Part shown: piece by piece, positions 34,793 through 45,190 of the stretch
Layout of the letters: every line of letters begins with the position of its first letter
Numbering within the stretch: position 1 is the first letter of the stretch
Source of the DNA: Massalongia carnosa
Taxonomy: Eukaryota
Length of the DNA: 64,000 nucleotides
Assembly (NCBI GenBank): GCA_965645245.1
Contig: OZ287088.1
Coordinates: forward strand, 310,001-374,000
Direction of reading: 5' to 3'
Position numbers and translations under genes: made by a program
Notes under the pieces: model-generated
What the model was told of the DNA's origin: nothing
Seen by the model: only the letters and a program-made list of their open reading frames with translations
Databases searched by the model: none

Positions 34793-37396
34793 TGTTGAGG
34801 ATAGCCGAGATGTCTGCTTATAGAAAATGGCACTAACCCCAATGCGCACTAGCTATTGGAAGTATTTGGATTGGCCACCTTGGGATTTATCATCAACATC
34901 CCGCGTCTGATATTCTAGGAGACATTCGAACATTCTACAGTGGATTGATAATGAGGCAAATATGTCAGCTTTGGAACTCCGACAAAGACGAGCTTACATA
35001 TCAGCATTTGACTGACCGATCACATAGAAAGTGGGAGAATCGTGCTCAAGGCAGGCAGCGGTATATAATGGGCTATATGCCCCCATAGATAGCCTCAGTC
35101 ATTTTCAATCAATCATTAGTAGCCTGCCATTGGATCAGCTTGATCATCGCACGTACTTTTTGCTGTTGTTTCCTACTTCCACCCCTATAATCCGTAGCCT
35201 CCGCAACAGGTTATGAGCCCGGTCAGCCAATAGGAAAAACAGTCTGAAAATCGACTCGAAATGTCTTCATCCACCCCTCAACAAACGCCCGGCCCCGAAA
35301 TCGTGGTCAAGGATAGATCAGATGGGGCCGACGGTCGGATCACGTCCGGAGCAGGGGTAAGGGATGTTAAAGTTCCCAAACTAACCGAGGAAAATTATCG
35401 TACATGGAGTAAGATAATGAAGAATAACCTGATAGGTAAAAAGCTCTGGAGCATCGTCATTGGACGAATAGTATGCCCGGACGAGACTCGGCCCAGTGAT
35501 CTGGAAGCATGGGAATTCAACAATGCTACGGCCATGACATACATCATGACGGCCGTAGATGACAGACAGCTTCAACACATCATCCGATTGGACACAGCCA
35601 ACGATCAGTGGGAGACACTAAATCGTATTCATAGGGATATCGGACTGACACGCCTTATACCTCTTTCTAGACGGCTTTGTGGTTACAAAGCCGGCCCATC
35701 AGACTCCGTTGAGCAAATAGCTTCGGAGCTACGAACCATTGCTGCTGTAATGGCCGAAATTCGACCCGGGGAGGAACCGTCGGAGTTTCTTCTAGCTCGA
35801 ATATTAATGGATTCAATTAACGGGACCCCGTACGCCATGGCTAGGGCCCTGTTGGAAGACAAAGGAGAAATAACCATGACCATGGTTATAGAAAAGTATA
35901 AGGAGGTGGAATCAAGAAATAAAGATGAGATAAGCACCCCGGAAATTGCTAATAAGGCCTCATCTAGCCGAAAATTCACTGGAAAATGTTTCTATTGTGA
36001 TAAGGCTGGCCACATAAAAACGGACTGTTTTCAATGGTTGAAAACGGATGAGGGCCGAGAGCACAAGCGGAAAAATGAAAATGCTTATCAAACCAATGAT
36101 AGTAAGAGGCGGGGGAAATCATCAGGGAGTCGGGGCCGAAAAACGAAGAAATCGGACGAAGCACGACTGACCCAGGAGAATGATGCCCGATCTGAAGAAA
36201 GCGACTCGGAATACGCCCGTGCGGCTACCGAAGTCGAAGATTTTGGCCTGATGGCTCAAAATAAGGACGCGGTCCCTGCTCAGGAAGAATTTGCCCTGGT
36301 GACTCGAAACGATGACGCGGTCCCACTCGAAAAACTCAAGGAATATCATGCTCTGAAAAAAGACCTTTTGAATGAAGGCATTCTGATGGAATTTACTGAT
36401 CCGTACACTCCCGAGCAAAACGGGGTCGCTGAGCGGATGAATCGGACACTAATGCAAATTGTTAGGGCCATGCAATTATGGGCCGGATTACCCAGAGAAT
36501 TTTGGGGGGAGGCCCTGATGGTAGCCAATTATTTAAGAAATCGGCTACCAACGAATACTCACGGGGGAAAAATGACCCCGTATGAGGCCTGGTATGGCCG
36601 AAAACCGGACCTGAATCACATACGAACCTACGGATGCTTGGTGCATGCCCGTATCCCCAGTGAAAAAAGGGATAAAATGGATGTCGTGTCATTTCAGGGA
36701 ATTTTTGTTGGTTATCATTCGTCGAAACAGTATCGAGTCTATAACCCCGTTACGAAGAAAATCGGCTGGCATGCGGCCCCCGAATTCTTCGAGGACTGGC
36801 CCGGAGGGCCGTTATTGAATGCTCCGAGCCGGGCTGGGACTAGAGATTATTGGTTAGAAATGAGGGGGGAACATACATCGGTCATTTGGCCCATGGTCCT
36901 GGGGACGGGCCCCGGAGACGACACGGATAGTCGAGGATATGCGAGGGCATGAAGTTATTCAGACATTCTCGGAGTGGGAGTGTTGAGGATAGCCGAGATG
37001 TCTGCTTATAGAAAATGGCACTAACCCCAATGCGCACTAGCTATTGGAAGTATTTGGATTGGCCACCTTGGGATTTATCATCAACATCCCGCGTCTGATA
37101 TTCTAGGAGACATTCGAACATTCTACAGTGGATTGATAATGAGGCAAATATGTCAGCTTTGGAACTCCGACAAAGACGAGCTTACATATCAGCATTTGAC
37201 TGACCGATCACATAGAAAGTGGGAGAATCGTGCTCAAGGCAGGCAGCGGTATATAATGGGCTATATGCCCCCATAGATAGCCTCAGTCATTTTCAATCAA
37301 TCATTAGTAGCCTGCCATTGGATCAGCTTGATCATCGCACGTACTTTTTGCTGTTGTTTCCTACTTCCACCCCTATAATCCGTAGCCTCCGCAACA
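34793..37396 (+). mobile_element. Internally deleted (non-autonomous) Ty1/copia element
   Basis: 416-bp LTRs 34793-35208 and 36981-37396, identical by eye; PBS ggttatgagccc; PPT ggagtgggag; TSD ctggt. Confidence 0.95.
35261..36952 (+). CDS. Copia Gag fused in frame to a partial integrase (no protease, RT or RNase H)
   Basis: KLTEENYRTW, CFYCDKAGHIKTDC, then PYTPEQNGVAERMNRTL, FWGEA, TPYEAW, GIFVGY. Confidence 0.88.
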   Translation: MSSSTPQQTPGPEIVVKDRSDGADGRITSGAGVRDVKVPKLTEENYRTWSKIMKNNLIGKKLWSIVIGRIVCPDETRPSDLEAWEFNNATAMTYIMTAVDDRQLQHIIRLDTANDQWETLNRIHRDIGLTRLIPLSRRLCGYKAGPSDSVEQIASELRTIAAVMAEIRPGEEPSEFLLARILMDSINGTPYAMARALLEDKGEITMTMVIEKYKEVESRNKDEISTPEIANKASSSRKFTGKCFYCDKAGHIKTDCFQWLKTDEGREHKRKNENAYQTNDSKRRGKSSGSRGRKTKKSDEARLTQENDARSEESDSEYARAATEVEDFGLMAQNKDAVPAQEEFALVTRNDDAVPLEKLKEYHALKKDLLNEGILMEFTDPYTPEQNGVAERMNRTLMQIVRAMQLWAGLPREFWGEALMVANYLRNRLPTNTHGGKMTPYEAWYGRKPDLNHIRTYGCLVHARIPSEKRDKMDVVSFQGIFVGYHSSKQYRVYNPVTKKIGWHAAPEFFEDWPGGPLLNAPSRAGTRDYWLEMRGEHTSVIWPMVLGTGPGDDTDSRGYARA

Positions 37397-38284
37397 CTGG
37401 TTGAACCGTCACAGTACCCAACATCGTTTGAAACAATCGTTCTCATCTAGCTCCAGATTTGTTCATGCTGTTCGTGTATTGTTTGTTCTTCGCATGCTGA
37501 CAAGAATGCAGGTATATATTGAAAGCTTTGCTTAATATTGCCAAACCGCTTAATCTTGAGAAACTCTTTTGTGCGCCACATCGCCATATAGTTTGTGTTG
37601 TTTCCTCGACTGGAAGTCTCGACGGTCATTAAATGCCTCGATTTAACCCGATGATAAGATTGCACAAGCGCTTGATTTGTCTTGTTGGTGGCTAAATACT
37701 GAACAGTATTGCTTCCTGAATGGCCGGAGTGGTTCGATATGGCACAGGTATGAGGGATCATTTTAGTGAGTTTCCCTGATCTAATGTCAGTATTTCTTTG
37801 TCTTAGCTCTTATACATTTAAGTATTACATCTCCCAGTTTTGTTGGACAAGCTGGCTCTGATTCGAAAGTCACAATGATCGCACTTAACTAGATATCTAT
37901 TCTTCTCGGTCTTCTCAACATGCCATGACTGTAGCACGTCGACCTAGATAGAAATCTAATAGGGACTATGTACGAAAACTAGTAAGATGAAGAAAGAAAG
38001 CTATGTACAGATCGCCGGTTAATAAACACTCATACCCGTGCTAAGCCTAATGCAGGTTTTCATCACCGTCGTTGAACTGCTCATACCACGCGTGTTAATA
38101 ATGTCGCTACAAGCAGTGCTTAATCCGTTTTCAGTTAGATAAGGTGAATAGCACTACGTCATGTGTTGCCTGAGGTTACATAGAGCGTTGTAATCCGTGA
38201 CATTACCCCCTTCTTTAGATCGCGAATCGCCTGATCGCGATTAGCGCCGTTCTTGTCAGGTGACGTAATTCCCGTTGACTGTTG

Positions 38285-41200
38285 TCAACCTGGTGCGAAA
38301 TTCCACCGTGGTTTGCTAGGATAGCGCAAATAGAAATCCTCCACTATCTCCTTAGCATTTTCAAATCCATTAGCATCGTACCAATCTGGATCTTCCGGAT
38401 GGTCCTTCCATTTGACTCGAAATTGCACCTTTCCTCTTCGCCTTCTGGCATCCAGCACGTCATCAACTTCCCATTCTTCCTTACCTTCTATCACTACCGG
38501 AGGGGCTGGATCATTGATCTGCCCTGGTAATGGATCCTCCGCGGCCTTTCTCAATAGACTAGTGTGGAATACATTATGAATTTTCGGGCAGAGCTAGCCT
38601 GCACGATGACCCAATCATCTTGTCTATTCGGTACGGTCCGATCATCTTGTGGTCCAGTTTCTTCGAAGTTCTCTCGGTATGGATATTTTTCGTTGACAAC
38701 CAAACCATATCGCCCTCTTCATAGCTGACCTCCTTTCGATTCTGATTAGCCACCCTTTGCTGTCTATCCTGGGACTTCTTCATGTTTTCGTGAACGAACT
38801 CCCAGGTTTTCTTCATCCTTTCGGTGATATTTTGGGCACGTTCCTTAGCTAACCTTTCTCGAGTAGTATCTGCAGATAGATCAACCACATCGAAACTCAT
38901 CCTTGGTTCATATCCCTTTGTGGCCATAAACGGTGTCAACTTGGTGGAGGCCGATTCGCAAGCATTGGCCGCAAACTCCGCCATCGGTAGTAGCATCACC
39001 CAATCATCCTGGAAATAGTTTACATAGCTGCGCAGGTGTCGCTCCATTTCCTGATTGGCTATCTCGCTCTGGCCATCGGTTTCCGGATGAAATGCTGTGG
39101 AGAGTTTGGCCGTTATACCCAGTATTTTGCACATCGTTTTCCAGACCGCCGATACAAACTGCGGTCCCCGATCGGATACTATGCTACTGGGCAACCCATG
39201 GTATTTCCAGACGTTATTGATCAACAACTTCGCCGTTGCTTCGCTCGTGGTTCCATGTTCCTCGGTAGTGCATGGTATGTAATGCCTTTCCTTCGATAAT
39301 CGATCTACCACCATAAGAATCGCATTGAATCCTTCGCCCGACAGTGGAAGGCCCGTTACGAAGTCTAGTGATATATCCTGCCATGGTTGTTCGGGTATAG
39401 ATAATGGCCTCAATAAACCATTGTACTTATCTCTAGGTGCTTTCGCGCGTCTGCACACATGACAATTCCGTACATACCGTTTGATATCCGCTTCCATTTT
39501 GGGCCAGTAGTAATTCCGAGTTATCATCTCCAAGGTTCGAGCGACGCCAGGGTGCCCTACAGCTGGCTGATCATGAATCTGACGGATTACCTCCAGTTTC
39601 AATTCATCCTGTGCGGGCACCCATAGCTTATTCCGCTTGTATAGCAAGCCGTCCTTGACCTGACAGTCTTTTAACGCCGGCGAGTTTTCCGAGTCTGAAT
39701 CAAGTCCAGTGCTTGCAGCACTCAATGCCTGACGCATATTATTGCAATCCTCATCTGTGACATTGCCCTGCCTTACCTTTTCTTCCAAGGTCTGAACAGT
39801 CTCTTCCGTTTCTGTCTCGATGGGCGCCAGTTCGATGCGATTGCGGGGCAACAGAGTCTGTAGCTGATGCTGTTGGCGTTCGTCCTTCTCATCCTTGGGC
39901 TTATCATTGGGTCTCCGGGTTAGAGCATCAGCCTTTTCATTATTTTTACCCGTTTGATAAACGATGACGAAGTTGAACTCAGATAGGAATTCCGCCCATC
40001 TAGCCTGTCGACGGGTCAACTTTTTGGTAGTCATGAAAAACTCCAAACTCTTGTGATCGGTGAAGACCTTTATAGGTATTTCTGTGCCTTCCAATTCTGG
40101 TCTCCATTGTTCAAAGCATCGAATGATAGCTAACAGTTCTTTATCGTAGATCTCGTAGTTGCACTCGGCCGGGCTCATGTTCTTTGAGAAGAAGGCTACC
40201 GGATGCAACTCGTCATCCTCACCCATTTGGGACAGAATACCCCCACTGACATAATCCGAAGAGTCTGTTTCTAACCAACACTGTAGTTTTGGATCGAAAT
40301 GAGCAAGAACAGGTGCTTCCACCACTCGATCCTTCAGGTCCTGGAACCCCTGAGCGCAAGCTTCGGTCCATTCGAAGATTCTATCCTTCTTGGCTAGTGC
40401 ATTTAATGGTCCAGCTAGTTTGGAAAAGCCTCGAATGAAGCGCCGATAGAAGTTGCAAAAACCTATAAATGATCGCACCTCGCGAAGACAGGTAGGAACG
40501 CTCCATTCCATGATAGCCTTTATCTTTTCCGGGTCCATCTTGATACCATCCGTGCTGATGATCAGGCCCAAATACTTCGTTTCAGTGACGTGGAATTCAC
40601 ACTTATCCACATCGGCTTGGATGCCTGCCTCTCTTAACTTGGTGAGCACTCCCCTTACATGCTGACGGTGTTGTTTCAGATTTCTGCTATAAATCAGAAT
40701 GTCATCCAGATAGGCCGTACAAAATTTGTCTAAGTATTCAAAGAGGACATCATTAATGAAGTGCTGCCACGAAGCCGGTCCTCCAGTCAATCCAAATGGT
40801 AACACCTTGTATTTATAGGCCCCAAACCGTGAGTTGAAGGTGGTGAGGTCCTCCGACGCAGCCTCCATCCGAAGTTTATGAAAGGCCTGACGAATATCTA
40901 TTTTGGAGAATATTTTAGCCTCTTTCAACTGAGCCAACGTTTCCTCGATCAAAGGTATTGGATAACGATCCTTTTTAGTGATCTGATTCAGCCTTCGGTA
41001 ATCTACGCAGAACCGTAATCCACCACTAGGCTTTTTCGCTAACAGAATGGGCGATGAGCATGCGGCATGGCTTGCTTCGATAAAGCCTTTTCTGAGATTG
41101 TCTTCTAGATATTTCTTGACAAAGTCCAGTTCTTTCTGGGACATGCTCCGAAGAGGACTATATCCATGATCTTTACCCCCTTCGAGTAGTATCTTGTGAT

Positions 41201-42032
41201 CATGCAATCTATGAGGTGACAACGTATCAGAATCTATCTTCGAAAACACGTCCAAAAACTCGTGATACTCCGGCGGCACTACCAACTTTGGATCAGTAGG
41301 AGGCCTCGACTCCTTATTCAACTGATCGTCTATGTCCTTCATCGAGATCGCATAGACTTTTACCGCCTTACAGTGAGTAAGATATCGGTAGGAGTCTGCA
41401 CCAATGATGGCTACATCAACCGGTTTAGATGGTTTCGGATCGATCCTCGGAACTTCCTTTGGGATTGGAGTAGCCTCCGGTTTATCTTCCATGATAGATC
41501 GACGCAATATCTTTCGGGGTGAGATCACTGTAGTCAACTCCTCATCCGTCGATTTTTTATCGATCGTTTCCAGTTCCTTAGGAGGTTCTATCAACTTAGG
41601 AGCACCCGGGTGGGTGCAGTGTCCAGGCCAGAACATGATTTTATCGCAACTCATGTCCAGAATGACTCCATGCTTTCGCATCCATGGTTTTCCTAGTATC
41701 ATTTTATGCTGCCCCAGCTGTGTAATCAACAGAGGCGAGATTGTTTCCCTATGATTCTGCACGGTGAGGGTAGGATAGATGGCGTGGGTGATAGGTTTAC
41801 CCAAGCGGCCATCGAAACCTTTCACCGGCTTCGGTTTCGTCAATCGCTGCGGTGATAGTTGCAGTCGTTCACAAATTGTGCGCACCATCTTTTCATCAAT
41901 AAAAGCATGTCCTGTAGCACCAGTGTCTAACAGAGTAACAAGCTCTATTTCTTCCTGATTGCCTAGTTTACATGAAGTAACAAGAGGTTCATCGGTAAAC
42001 AAATCACCAGGCAAACAAGAGGATGAGATCAA
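38285..42032 (-). pseudogene. Pol (protease, RT, RNase H, integrase, chromodomain) with a frameshift before the chromodomain
   Basis: LLDTGA, YLDD, ETDSS, ADALTR, HPETDGQSE, IGPY; chromodomain EWEVDDVL..FRVKWKD..DWY in ORF 38285-38554. Confidence 0.92.
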
Positions 42033-42089
42033 AAGAGGTTTATCATCGTCATCTCCACTCGCGTCTTCGAGGGAAATCAGTCTTTTTTT

Positions 42090-43358
42090 TTACTTCGGCT
42101 CAACATCTAACTCGTTAATGATGGCTGTCATCTTTGATTTCTTTTTAGGACAGTCCCTTGAGGGATGTCCGACCTCCTTGCAATTGAAGCACTTCCCTTC
42201 CCTGCTCAACCGCTCCCGTTCCGACTCCGATAGATAGGATCCTACGGTCCAGGACGACAAGGTCGATGGCGATGAAGGGGCACGAGACTCGGTGCGAGCA
42301 TTTGGTGCCACATAGGTTTTGCTTTCGGTGGTAGCGGTAGGGGTGTTCGCCGGGACCACTACGCTGGTTGGTTTTTTTCCTTCGGCAAAGCGTTCCATCC
42401 TAGCCTTGCTACGATCCACATCCTTCAGAGCCTGATACATGCGCTGGCAACGCTGAGCGAACGCATATAGGTCGGTTGGTTCGTGATCGCCGGTGGCTAG
42501 CTGACGGCGCATATCTAGGTTGAGCTTGTGTTTCAACTCACCGATTAGGGTAGACTCATTGTGATCCAACTCGGCGGCCAAACGCTGAAACTCCGCCCAA
42601 AAGGTATTGAAGTCCTTTTGACCCTGTCGCAGAGAACGGAATAGGTTCATGGCAGTCTGTTTGCGGTTCGGATCTCCATAAATTCGTTCCAAATGATCAA
42701 ACATTTCCTCTGCAGTAAGAAAAGGTTTGATAGCATTTTTTCGGAGACGAGGTTCCAAATGGCCCATAGCCTCTCCGCCGACTCGGTTTTCCACATAGGC
42801 CTTTTTAAATAGCTCGGTCGGCTTATGGTCTTCATTAGCTGCTAATTTGCTGCGCATTTTAGTCAACCAATGATCGATACTCGGCTCTTTTCCATCGATA
42901 AAAACCGGTGGGTCGGGAAGTTTCATCGACTTCCATAAAGATTCTTCGCTCTGATTGCATCGTGCAGGGGAGCCCTGCAGGTCATGTGGAGGTGGAAATG
43001 GTGGTGGTGCATTACTCCCTGCAGGTGCAGTAGCTGCTGCGGCCATCCGCCGAGCCTCTTCAAGTTCTTCCTTCTGGTATTCAATCATACCTGCTTGGCG
43101 ATTGATTTTGATCTGACTATTTTCTAAACTAAGCACAAGCTTATTATGTTCCACTACGACCTCCTCATAGTCTGACTTCATGTCTCGTATTATAGCCAAG
43201 ACTGTTTCGGCATCCTCCTGCACCCAGTGCCGAAGATGTTGTACTGTTTCTATCCTCCATGGTGAGTCAGCCCCGGGGCCTTCTTCACCGATGTCTATGG
43301 GCGGGATGAGAGACTCCCGTTGATAGTAGGTGGGTGTTTCGTTCGCGGATCTAGCCAT
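42090..43358 (-). CDS. Gypsy Gag
   Basis: KLPDPPVF, LRQGQKDF, CFNCKEVGHPSRDC knuckle. Confidence 0.9.
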   Translation of the reverse strand: MARSANETPTYYQRESLIPPIDIGEEGPGADSPWRIETVQHLRHWVQEDAETVLAIIRDMKSDYEEVVVEHNKLVLSLENSQIKINRQAGMIEYQKEELEEARRMAAAATAPAGSNAPPPFPPPHDLQGSPARCNQSEESLWKSMKLPDPPVFIDGKEPSIDHWLTKMRSKLAANEDHKPTELFKKAYVENRVGGEAMGHLEPRLRKNAIKPFLTAEEMFDHLERIYGDPNRKQTAMNLFRSLRQGQKDFNTFWAEFQRLAAELDHNESTLIGELKHKLNLDMRRQLATGDHEPTDLYAFAQRCQRMYQALKDVDRSKARMERFAEGKKPTSVVVPANTPTATTESKTYVAPNARTESRAPSSPSTLSSWTVGSYLSESERERLSREGKCFNCKEVGHPSRDCPKKKSKMTAIINELDVEPK

Positions 43359-44394
43359 TTCTATCGCTCTTCCTTACTCAGCTCTGTTGAGTATAGTCCC
43401 GTTTCGTTCGTTTTCGGATTGTTATCGGATCTACTATCATATGCTGAGGATAGTCCTAGGATTTCGGATCTGGTTCGTGTTTCGGGTGCTGACTGACTGA
43501 CGGACTGACATACAGTTGGGTGGATTGTTTTATATCCTCCACAAGGGATAGCAAGATTTAGAGTGATCTTACTAGTTGTGTAGCACGTCGACCTAGATAG
43601 AAATCTAATAGGGACTATGTACGAAAACTAGTAAGATGAAGAAAGAAAGTTATGTACAGATCGCCGGTTAATAAACACTCATACCCGTGCTAAGCCTAAT
43701 GCAGGTTTTCATCACCGTCGTTGAACTGCTCATACCACGCGTGTTAATAATGTCGCTACAAGCAGTGCTTAATCCGTTTTCAGTTAGATAAGGTGAATAG
43801 CACTACGTCATGTGTTGCCTGAGGTTAGAGCGTTGTAATCCGTGACAATGACTCGCCCTTGTTTGCAAGCCAATTAGTGATCGCCTGTCTTGTCTCATAT
43901 TTATCGTCCCACTCTTGACCGACATAAAGCGACATTGTTGATGATTCGGCCATAGTGAGATTGAACGAGACATAAGTATGCAGAAATGATGGACGAAGAT
44001 ATGCACAAATAAGTCCCGAGTTAATGCTAGATAGCCCGAGTGCCACGCAGTCCAAATGCCTTGTTTTAAGCATTCTATGGAGTTTCAATGGCCTAAAGCA
44101 CTTAAAGCAGAAAGTTATAGAGCTGTAATTTTTAGGTTCAGTCACTTCACCTATGATTGACCCCCCGATATCGCACGATCATCGGGCTACAGATATCTAG
44201 TCGCTCGTTTTTATCGCCGTAATCATGTCTTCTTTCTTGGAGTAGCAAGGCTTTTATCGGGTAGCCGATGCTCAATGGACTTTTCCTCGTGCGTGCCATT
44301 TAACTTTGCAGTCGCAATATTCCAAATTACAGTTCTTGGGGGTCATCGTGACAGCGCCAGAAGCAAAATTACGTGTAACTTATATTACGGTAAT

Positions 44395-44441
44395 TGACCC
44401 CCAAATAACCCCCAGGCAAGATGGGGGTTATTTGGGGGTCA
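44395..44441. repeat. Perfect 20-bp inverted repeat with a 7-nt loop
   Basis: tgacccccaaataaccccca-ggcaaga-tgggggttatttgggggtca. Confidence 0.9.
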
Positions 44442-44563
44442 TCTCAGTAATTTGCCGAAGATTAATTATATCGTCATAAAGTAAAGATCGAAAATACGGC
44501 AAATTATGTGATATAATAACGTCGTCGTGCGATATTTGATTGATATACGCGTACAAAATACAC

Positions 44564-45034
44564 TGTTACTAGTTCGTCTATGGCGAGAGCTAGTGCGGGA
44601 CCGATGCTATTCGGCTACCAGCGGATTCGGCTACCAGCGGATCGGCTACTAGCGGTTCTCCGCGCTGACGGGGACAAAGGTGATACAAAATCCGAACCTC
44701 GTCGGTTTTGCACGGTTATCCGCCAGGAGCTAGTTCGGATAATGACGAGGGATTGGATAGGGAAGGATGGGTGATAGGGGGAGATGGAGGCTATATAGAG
44801 GGCCAAAGAAGTCCTACATCTCATCATCTCGGATTCGGAGGTAGCACTGCATAGTGGTTTTTGACCCGCCCACCCACTCCAGGTCTCAGCCGCAGAGGTA
44901 GAGGGAGTATCCACCGCGATCTGCACCAAGGCCCGAAAAGGGGTGCTAGGTAGAGGCGCCAGCGAGGTGCAGGTGACTGTGTTTCCGCCAACCTTTAGAA
45001 ATAGAAGCAATACGAGGTCACATGAACTAGTAGA
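44564..45034. mobile_element. Probable degenerate solo LTR
   Basis: tgttactagttc ... gaactagta terminal inverted repeat, internal TATA (ctatatag) and 16-bp tandem repeats; no TSD. Confidence 0.4.
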
Positions 45035-45190
45035 GCCAACTAGGCTGAATTATTGAATTAGCATATGTAGAGTGATAATCTATCAACTACGCAACAAAAC
45101 TCGAGACTCGGATTTTGACAATTTGACTTATTCGGGACTATTTCACGCTGCTCTGAACTCTTTTACTCAGGGATCAGTCTAGAGTTCACG

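Larger units (their letters stand above)
34432..37413. mobile_element. Solo LTR (~373 bp) interrupted by a copia element
   Basis: tgtcacggttcaacca ... tggttgaaccgtcaca with 5-bp TSD gtacc (34427-34431, 37414-37418). Confidence 0.82.
37930..43847 (-). mobile_element. Ty3/gypsy chromovirus-like LTR retrotransposon
   Basis: LTRs 37930-38202 and 43579-43847 (differ by a 4-bp indel and about 1 substitution); TSD atgac; PPT next to 38203. Confidence 0.95.
34366..43953 (-). pseudogene. MuDR-type transposase 5' half, split into 43853-43953, 37419-37929 and 34366-34431
   Basis: Removing the insertions gives MAESSTMSLYVGQEWDDK..GES|WHVEK..VKCDHCDFRIRAS..PHTC...CFKRCW|VLPKATERAFRHCRSVLQCDGT, truncated at the first catalytic D by the LTR. 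Confidence 0.75.
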
